This document shows, one piece after another, positions 58,829-64,000 of a stretch of 64,000 nucleotides of DNA (its first letter is position 1; every line of letters begins with the position of its first letter). The stretch lies in assembly GCA_964369315.1 (NCBI GenBank), contig CAYJEJ010000004.1, forward strand, positions 4,286 to 68,285, written 5' to 3'. Position numbers and translations under genes: made by a program. The notes under the pieces were generated by a model that made no database searches, had not been told where the DNA came from, and worked only from the letters and a program-made list of their open reading frames with translations. Source of the DNA: an uncultured Alphaproteobacteria bacterium. GTDB taxonomy: Bacteria > Pseudomonadota > Alphaproteobacteria > UBA3830 > JAIRWN01.

Positions 58829-59663
58829 ATGGGTTTTGAGCGGAGAGCATTCGGTCATTAGGGGGGAGCCTGCGATGGCGTTTCCTCTTTTAAATAGGAC
58901 AATGGTGCTTGATTGGGACAGTGAAGGAGAAAACGCATTTATATCAGATGACTATCCAGCTTTTGGTGAGATTTTGCGACATACTCTTTATCGGGGGATT
59001 GAGCTGTGTGGAAAAGCTGTGCCAGAAAAATTAGGGCAGTTTTCCATTTCTTCCACTATACCCATTGGAGTGGGGTTGGGCTCGTCATCGGCATTATGTC
59101 TTTTAGTATCGAAGTGGTTAAGGCTGGTTGGATATATTAAAAAGTCGCAGATTCTTGAATTTGCTATAAAACTGGAAAATGTTTTTCATGGGTGTAGTAG
59201 CGGGATGGATGTTACAGTTGCTTTTGTTGAAAAGCCCATATTATTTTCTCGTTCAAGCAAACCAAAAACATTCAAAGTGAAATGGAAGCCATATTTATAT
59301 ATGAACCATAGTGGGGTTCACGCCTCAACGTCGAGTGCTGTTGAAAAATGTAGTGCTCTGAATAATAAAGAGCTAGACATCGAAATGGGGATGGCGACAA
59401 AAACGTGTTTTGACGCACTCGTTAACAATCGTTACTGTGACGACAGCGTTTATATGTTGGCAAATGGTATTAATGACGCCTGTAGTTGCTTTGAGAAGTG
59501 GGGGCTAATCCCGAGTGATATGAAGTCTATGATGGAGCGTTTTAGTGGTTTGGGTGCAATCGCCACCAAGCCAACAGGCTCTGGTAATGGTGGGTTTGTT
59601 TTATCACTTTGGATGAAAAAACCACCAAAGCATGTCCTAGAAACTTTGACGCCTTTGTTTTAA
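58800..59663 (+). CDS. mevalonate kinase
   Basis: ACGKWVLSGEHSVIRGEPAMAF. GHMP motif II IGVGLGSSSALC. SSGMDV. KPTGSGNGGFVLSL. 29-nt overlap with the decarboxylase gene. Confidence 0.85.
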   Translation: MKKSLVACGKWVLSGEHSVIRGEPAMAFPLLNRTMVLDWDSEGENAFISDDYPAFGEILRHTLYRGIELCGKAVPEKLGQFSISSTIPIGVGLGSSSALCLLVSKWLRLVGYIKKSQILEFAIKLENVFHGCSSGMDVTVAFVEKPILFSRSSKPKTFKVKWKPYLYMNHSGVHASTSSAVEKCSALNNKELDIEMGMATKTCFDALVNNRYCDDSVYMLANGINDACSCFEKWGLIPSDMKSMMERFSGLGAIATKPTGSGNGGFVLSLWMKKPPKHVLETLTPLF

Positions 59664-59689
59664 AAAAAAGCCAAGACATCGCTTGGCTT
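59662..59689 (-). terminator. rho-independent terminator of the arn operon, shared convergent spacer with the mevalonate operon
   Basis: AAGCCAAG (59668..59675) pairs with CTTGGCTT (59682..59689). The A-run at 59662..59669 gives a U-tract on the minus-strand transcript. Only a weak U-tract on the + side. Confidence 0.7.
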
Positions 59690-59720
59690 GTATTTCATTG
59701 ATAAACAAAAAAGGGTCTTA

Positions 59721-60728
59721 TTAAAAATAAAATTCCAATGTTGCTCGGATGGCTTCATCGAGCGAGGTTTTTGGTTGCCACCCGAGGTATTTTTGAGCGT
59801 TACCGATTGATGGGACGCGGTGATTGGTGTCCTGATAAGAGCCGCCATAATAATCACCACTGCTCACATTAGTGATTTTTGTTTTAGATGCTTTATCACG
59901 CAAGCTTGGTATTGTTTTTGCGATTTTTAAAAGTTTTTCAGCCAATTCTCCGACAGAAAATTCTTCTTGCGGGTTACCTATATTAAAAATTCTTCGGCTG
60001 GCACAATTGTCTTTGTTTTCGATGATTTTCATCAAAGCATCAACGCCGTCATAGATATAGGTGAAGCAACGTTTTTGCTTTCCTCCATCGACCAGTTTTA
60101 TCTCGCCGTCATGAATGATGTTGCTAATGAACTGGCTCAATGACCTAGACCCGCCCTTTTTTTGCTTGCCGATGGAGTCGAGGCGAGGACCAACCCAGTT
60201 AAATGGTCTAAATAGCGTATAATCCAAGTTATCTCTTATCCCGTGTGCATAAATCACCCTATCTAACAGCTGTTTACAGCAGGAATATATCCAACGTTGT
60301 TTTTCTATAGGTCCGACGACCAAGTTAGACTCGTCTTCCTTAAACTCCGAGTCTTGGCACATCCCATAAACCTCAGACGTCGATGGGAAGATTATGCGTT
60401 TTTGATATTTTACTGCCATATTTATGATGTTTAAATTAGCCATAAAATCGAGGTCAAACACCAACAAAGGATTGCTGACATATGTCGCAGGGGTTGCAAT
60501 TGCGACCAACGGAAGAACAACGTCGCACTTGCGTACGTGATATTCTATCCATTCTTTGTTGATGGTGATGTCGCCCTCTTGAAAGCAAAGCCTTGGGTGT
60601 GAAATATGCTCAGATATTTTGTCAGAAGATAAATCCAGTCCAAAAAGCTGCCAATCGGTCTCTTTTAAGATTTTTTCCGTTAAGGTACTGCCTATGAAAC
60701 CATTTATCCCTAATATTAGAACTTTCAT
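59721..60728 (-). CDS. stand-alone UDP-glucuronate oxidative decarboxylase, homologous to the C-terminal domain of ArnA
   Basis: Colinear from residue 1 with the E. coli ArnA C-domain: VLILGINGFIGS, CDVVLPLVAIATP, RIIFPSTSEVYGMC, RWIYSCCKQLLDRVI, LFRPFNWVGPRLD, DGGKQKRCFTYI, YQDTNHRVPSI. Confidence 0.9.
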   Translation of the reverse strand: MKVLILGINGFIGSTLTEKILKETDWQLFGLDLSSDKISEHISHPRLCFQEGDITINKEWIEYHVRKCDVVLPLVAIATPATYVSNPLLVFDLDFMANLNIINMAVKYQKRIIFPSTSEVYGMCQDSEFKEDESNLVVGPIEKQRWIYSCCKQLLDRVIYAHGIRDNLDYTLFRPFNWVGPRLDSIGKQKKGGSRSLSQFISNIIHDGEIKLVDGGKQKRCFTYIYDGVDALMKIIENKDNCASRRIFNIGNPQEEFSVGELAEKLLKIAKTIPSLRDKASKTKITNVSSGDYYGGSYQDTNHRVPSIGNAQKYLGWQPKTSLDEAIRATLEFYF

Positions 60729-60731
60729 TTT

Positions 60732-61688
60732 TTATTTCCTTTTTTCGGTTATTTTCTTTATTACATATCTTGGGTGGTTGCACACCGATAAATAAGCCCT
60801 GCCCACATATTCACCAATCAACCCGATGCCGGTGATTAAAACGCTCATCATAAAAAATAATATCGCAAAAAGCGTAAACACCCCTTCAGCCTCAGGACCG
60901 ATGAAAATTCGCCTCATTATCATATAGAAAACAAGTAATCCACTGAATATAGAGGTAAAAGCCCCAAGCATTGTGAACATCTGTAATGGTATTAATGAAA
61001 AACCAGTCAAAAGGTCAAACCCAATACGAATCAATCGATAAGGATTATATTTTGAAATGCCTTGTTTCCGGTCGCTATGTCCAACAGGGATATCAAGGGG
61101 ATTTTTTGCAAATTTTTGAGCCATAGCGGTCACAAAAGTGAATGCTTCACGTGTTTGAACGACTTGGTCAATGATATCGCGGCTATATGCACGAAGCATG
61201 CACCCATGGTCTTTCATGTGTAGTCCAGTGAGTTTGTCACGCATATTATTCACAAACTTAGAGACATATGTCCTAAACCAATTGTCTTGCCGATGCTCTC
61301 TATATCCGCCGACTAGGTCATGTCCTTGTTCAATTTTCTCAAGTAATTTGGGGATATCTTCTGGTGGGTTTTGTAAATCAGCATCGAGAGTTATTATTGT
61401 TTTTCCACGAACGTGCTCAAAACCAGCAAAAATTGCTATGTATTGACCGTAATTATTATTAAATTCGATAATTCTTATTTTATCTTTATGTTTTTTAAAG
61501 AGGTTATTTAATAACTCAGCCGACCGGTCTTGACTGCCGTCATTTATGAAAATGATTTCATAGCTTTTGTTAAGCGTCTCCAACACATCATATAACCTAG
61601 AGAAAAATTTCTCCAAGCTTTCTTCCTCATTAAAGATTGGGACAACAACTGAGATTTCAAGTGAGGATATTTTTTTTTCTGCGGGCAT
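60732..61688 (-). CDS. arnC: undecaprenyl-phosphate 4-amino(formamido)-4-deoxy-L-arabinose transferase (GT2)
   Basis: VSVVVPIFNEEESL. YEIIFINDGSQD. TLDADLQNPPEDIPKL. RQDNWFR. GCMLRAYSR. GEYVGRAY...HPRYVIK. Strongly ArnC-like, with two C-terminal TM segments. Confidence 0.9.
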   Translation of the reverse strand: MPAEKKISSLEISVVVPIFNEEESLEKFFSRLYDVLETLNKSYEIIFINDGSQDRSAELLNNLFKKHKDKIRIIEFNNNYGQYIAIFAGFEHVRGKTIITLDADLQNPPEDIPKLLEKIEQGHDLVGGYREHRQDNWFRTYVSKFVNNMRDKLTGLHMKDHGCMLRAYSRDIIDQVVQTREAFTFVTAMAQKFAKNPLDIPVGHSDRKQGISKYNPYRLIRIGFDLLTGFSLIPLQMFTMLGAFTSIFSGLLVFYMIMRRIFIGPEAEGVFTLFAILFFMMSVLITGIGLIGEYVGRAYLSVCNHPRYVIKKITEKRK

Positions 61689-62854
61689 TATTTTTCGTCC
61701 AAAACTCTTATTAAACTATCTATCACAACATCTTGCATACTCTCGCTCATATCTGGAAACAGAGGCAGGCATAAAACCCTTTTTCCTGCATCTTCAGATA
61801 TTGGAAAGTCGCCAATGTTATAAGAAAACTTGTCTCGATAAAAACTAAATAAATGTAGTGGTGGATAGTACGCGATGCTCCCAACATTAAGCTCTTTTAA
61901 TTTTGATATTATATCTTCCCTAGAAAGGGTTGTTTTATCGAGGTTTATCAATATCGGGAATAGGTGCCCAGAATGAGTATATTCATACATTGCTTTGTTG
62001 GGTATAAAGATTTTTTCTTGTTTATCGAATGCTTCAAGATATCGAGATATGATTTTTCTTCGTTTTGCATTCATCTCATCGACTTTTTTTAATTGGCAAA
62101 TGCCAATAGCCGATTGAATGTCGGACATATTAAACTTATAGCCTGGTAACACGACATCATAGTCTAGTGAACCGCTTTTTTTCTTAAATCTGTCCCAAAT
62201 TGACCTGTTAATTCCATGAAAACGCATTTGTGCAAAGCGGGATTTTTCTTCTTCATCCCTGAGGATGACGCACCCGCCCTCACCAGTGGTCATATTTTTA
62301 ATGGGATGGAAGCTGAACACCTGAATATCGCCAAAACTGCCAATTTTCTTGTTTTTATAATGGCTACCAAATGCGTGTGCACAGTCTTCTATTACTCGCA
62401 AATTATGTTCTTTTGCGATTTGATAAATCTCATCCATATCAACAGGTATTCCTGCATAATGAACAGGCATTATAGCCTTTGTTTTGGGTGTAATCTTTTT
62501 TTCAATGTCTTTTGCGGAAATGTTTAAGGTGTGCGGGTCAATGTCAGCAAAAACTGGCATACACCCAGCATGCATAATCGCATTTGCCGTTGCAACAAAA
62601 GTAAATGGTGTTGTGATGATTTCGCTCCCAGCGGGAATTCCAGCGGCAACAATGGATAAATGAAGCCCAGCAGTGCCAGAAGTGATTGTTGCAACGTGGG
62701 ATACGCCAAAATAATCCGCCAAATCTTTTTCAAACCTTTCAGTCACTGCACCAGTTGCGAGCCAACCAGAACGCAACACTTGTGAGACGGCATCTATTGT
62801 TTCTTCGTCTAATGATGGAATGGAAACAGGGATAAATTCTTTGGTTGTCATCAT
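61688..62854 (-). CDS. arnB: UDP-4-amino-4-deoxy-L-arabinose--oxoglutarate aminotransferase (DegT/DnrJ/EryC1 family)
   Basis: FIPVSIPSLDEETIDAVSQVLRSGWLATG. DCAHAFGS. PLP-lysine block FSFHPIKNMTTGEGG. Confidence 0.88.
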   Translation of the reverse strand: MMTTKEFIPVSIPSLDEETIDAVSQVLRSGWLATGAVTERFEKDLADYFGVSHVATITSGTAGLHLSIVAAGIPAGSEIITTPFTFVATANAIMHAGCMPVFADIDPHTLNISAKDIEKKITPKTKAIMPVHYAGIPVDMDEIYQIAKEHNLRVIEDCAHAFGSHYKNKKIGSFGDIQVFSFHPIKNMTTGEGGCVILRDEEEKSRFAQMRFHGINRSIWDRFKKKSGSLDYDVVLPGYKFNMSDIQSAIGICQLKKVDEMNAKRRKIISRYLEAFDKQEKIFIPNKAMYEYTHSGHLFPILINLDKTTLSREDIISKLKELNVGSIAYYPPLHLFSFYRDKFSYNIGDFPISEDAGKRVLCLPLFPDMSESMQDVVIDSLIRVLDEK

Positions 62855-62869
62855 TTTGCACCCACCTAT

Positions 62870-63238
62870 CTAACTCTTTGCAATCAAAAAAACACCAAAC
62901 ATTATGGTAACAATTCCGGCAACACGCAACAAAGACATGTGCTCTTGAAAAAAAACATAACCAGCGACAGCAGCCAAAACATAAGAAACGCTGCCCATCG
63001 GATATAGATAACTTACCTCAAGCTTAGATAATAAATAAAGCCATATAATAAAGCTACACACATAGCAAAAAATTCCGCCTATGATGTGAATATTGCCCAT
63101 CGCTCGCATTATAAGGCAGAAAACACCCGATTGCTCCGCGTTGGATAATGCAGTTACGCCATTTTTTAGGATGATTTGTGTCCCTGCATTAAGAACGAGT
63201 TGAAACCCTAAGAGCGAAAATATTAGTAGCTTTTCCAT
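62870..63238 (-). CDS. ArnE/ArnF-like small EamA/SMR-type flippase subunit
   Basis: 122 aa, 4 TM. YLYPMGSVSYVLAAVAGYVFFQEHMS...GIVTIMFGVFLIA resembles the ArnE block YPMLSLNFVWVTL...GVAFIIGGIVIL. Confidence 0.7.
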   Translation of the reverse strand: MEKLLIFSLLGFQLVLNAGTQIILKNGVTALSNAEQSGVFCLIMRAMGNIHIIGGIFCYVCSFIIWLYLLSKLEVSYLYPMGSVSYVLAAVAGYVFFQEHMSLLRVAGIVTIMFGVFLIAKS

Positions 63239-63240
63239 TT

Positions 63241-64000
63241 TTACTGATTGGTTAATACTATATTCTTTTTATCACGAATTAAAACGAAATGCTTTTGTTT
63301 TTTCCAATAATATTCATAATTTGCTAGGCTAGTAACCAAGAAAATTTTTGATTTAGATTTTTCCCATAATTTTAAAAAATCAGTAATACTTAAAAATCGG
63401 TCATAAACTTTTTCAGCACGTGCCCCAAACTCGAGCTCATCAAAAAAGCCGACTAAACCGACAAAATTTTCAGTGTAGAGAGGCAGTTCTTGATAATACT
63501 TTCCAAAACAAAAAATTAAATCTCCTGACGATTTTTGTCCGTTAATGGCGTTTATGAGTGGTCGTAAACTTGGTTTGTTGTTTTCTTGTATAGGTGCGAT
63601 GACAAAACTCAAAAATGAAAATATGCAGAATATAGTGATGAACTTTGACACGACAAATGTTTGAGCTTTTTTAATAAAAAATGGCAATGCTCCAACCAAA
63701 ATTAAGCTCAAGCCGAACAATATCAGATAAATCAGCTCGGGAGGGTGGTAGTCTTGGATTGCTTCTTTTGTTATGTATGCAAAACCGCCAACCCCTATTA
63801 TCAAATCGATGATTATGAAAATGTTGAAAAAATCTTTCCGCTCTAAAGACCGAGACAATCGTCTGCCAACAAGAATGCTAGCTGGTATCATTGACGGTAA
63901 TATGTATGGTATCAATTTTGAGCCAGAAAATGAGAAAAACAAAATTGGCACAACAAACCATATTGTTAAGATTATAGTGTATTTATCGGCTTCTCTAAAT
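63241..64000 (-). CDS. arnT: ArnT-like GT39/GT83-family lipid A L-Ara4N transferase, N-terminus beyond window
   Basis: I read the frame as open from 63951 to the window edge (...FREADKYTIILTIWFVVPILFFSFSGSKLIPYILPSMIP...). The SGSKLxxYILP block, multiple TM segments and a soluble C-terminal domain fit the ArnT/PMT_2 family. Its operon position supports the call. Confidence 0.7.
   Translation of the reverse strand, partial: FREADKYTIILTIWFVVPILFFSFSGSKLIPYILPSMIPASILVGRRLSRSLERKDFFNIFIIIDLIIGVGGFAYITKEAIQDYHPPELIYLILFGLSLILVGALPFFIKKAQTFVVSKFITIFCIFSFLSFVIAPIQENNKPSLRPLINAINGQKSSGDLIFCFGKYYQELPLYTENFVGLVGFFDELEFGARAEKVYDRFLSITDFLKLWEKSKSKIFLVTSLANYEYYWKKQKHFVLIRDKKNIVLTNQ

Noticed and set aside
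1-64000. Window-wide look for CRISPR repeats, IS or transposase genes, integrases next to the three tRNAs, prophage blocks, toxin-antitoxin pairs and known defence modules.
   Set aside because: None of the translated ORFs shows transposase, integrase, Cas, restriction-modification or toxin motifs. I saw no spaced direct repeats. The genes flanking the tRNAs are ordinary housekeeping genes. This was a by-eye survey, not an exhaustive computational scan.

Overview
This is a gene-dense, AT-rich 64-kb chromosomal segment (composition judged by eye, not computed). I call about 62 protein genes and 3 tRNAs. I saw no rRNA, CRISPR array, transposase, integrase, prophage module or recognisable anti-phage defence system.

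Taxonomy (inference only): the gene content points to an alphaproteobacterium. Supporting genes are RpoH with an RpoH box, CarD/CdnL, a DksA lacking the zinc finger, HemY_N-type protein, hsp20 followed by DUF1150, MlaD followed by DUF2155, and an alpha-type BamE. Secreted lipolytic enzymes, ThyX, an H+-pyrophosphatase and scattered operons suggest a host-associated (Holosporales/Rickettsiales-like) lifestyle.

Most of the window is housekeeping:
- Translation and tRNA modification: thrS, tyrS, trpS, miaB, ybeY, prmA.
- DNA replication and repair: gyrA, ssb, mutS, uvrB, nth.
- Lipid synthesis: fabD, fabG, fabH.
- Envelope: kdsB, murJ, pal, bamE, mlaA, mlaC, mlaD.
- Other: asd, trkH, hppA, ctpA.

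I did not find a convincing wholly new multi-gene system. The best leads are:
1. A convergent accessory block at 56.8-64 kb. It pairs a lower mevalonate-pathway operon (PMK-MVD-MVK) with a rearranged L-Ara4N lipid A modification operon. That operon has a stand-alone ArnA decarboxylase domain and no visible formyltransferase or deformylase.
2. Two perfect, inverted DnaA boxes in the short intergenic region just upstream of the mevalonate operon.
3. A ROSE-like RNA thermometer candidate in the hsp20 leader.
4. A candidate alphaproteobacterial Mic60-like protein next to a HemY-like TPR/zinc-ribbon protein.
5. A fab cluster interrupted by an ABC sugar importer that lacks an ATPase gene.
6. Signal-peptide-bearing patatin and HSL-type lipases, and an orphan Cys-rich secreted protein with its own promoter and terminator.

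All functional calls come from motif recognition in the supplied translations or my own hand translation. No database search was run.
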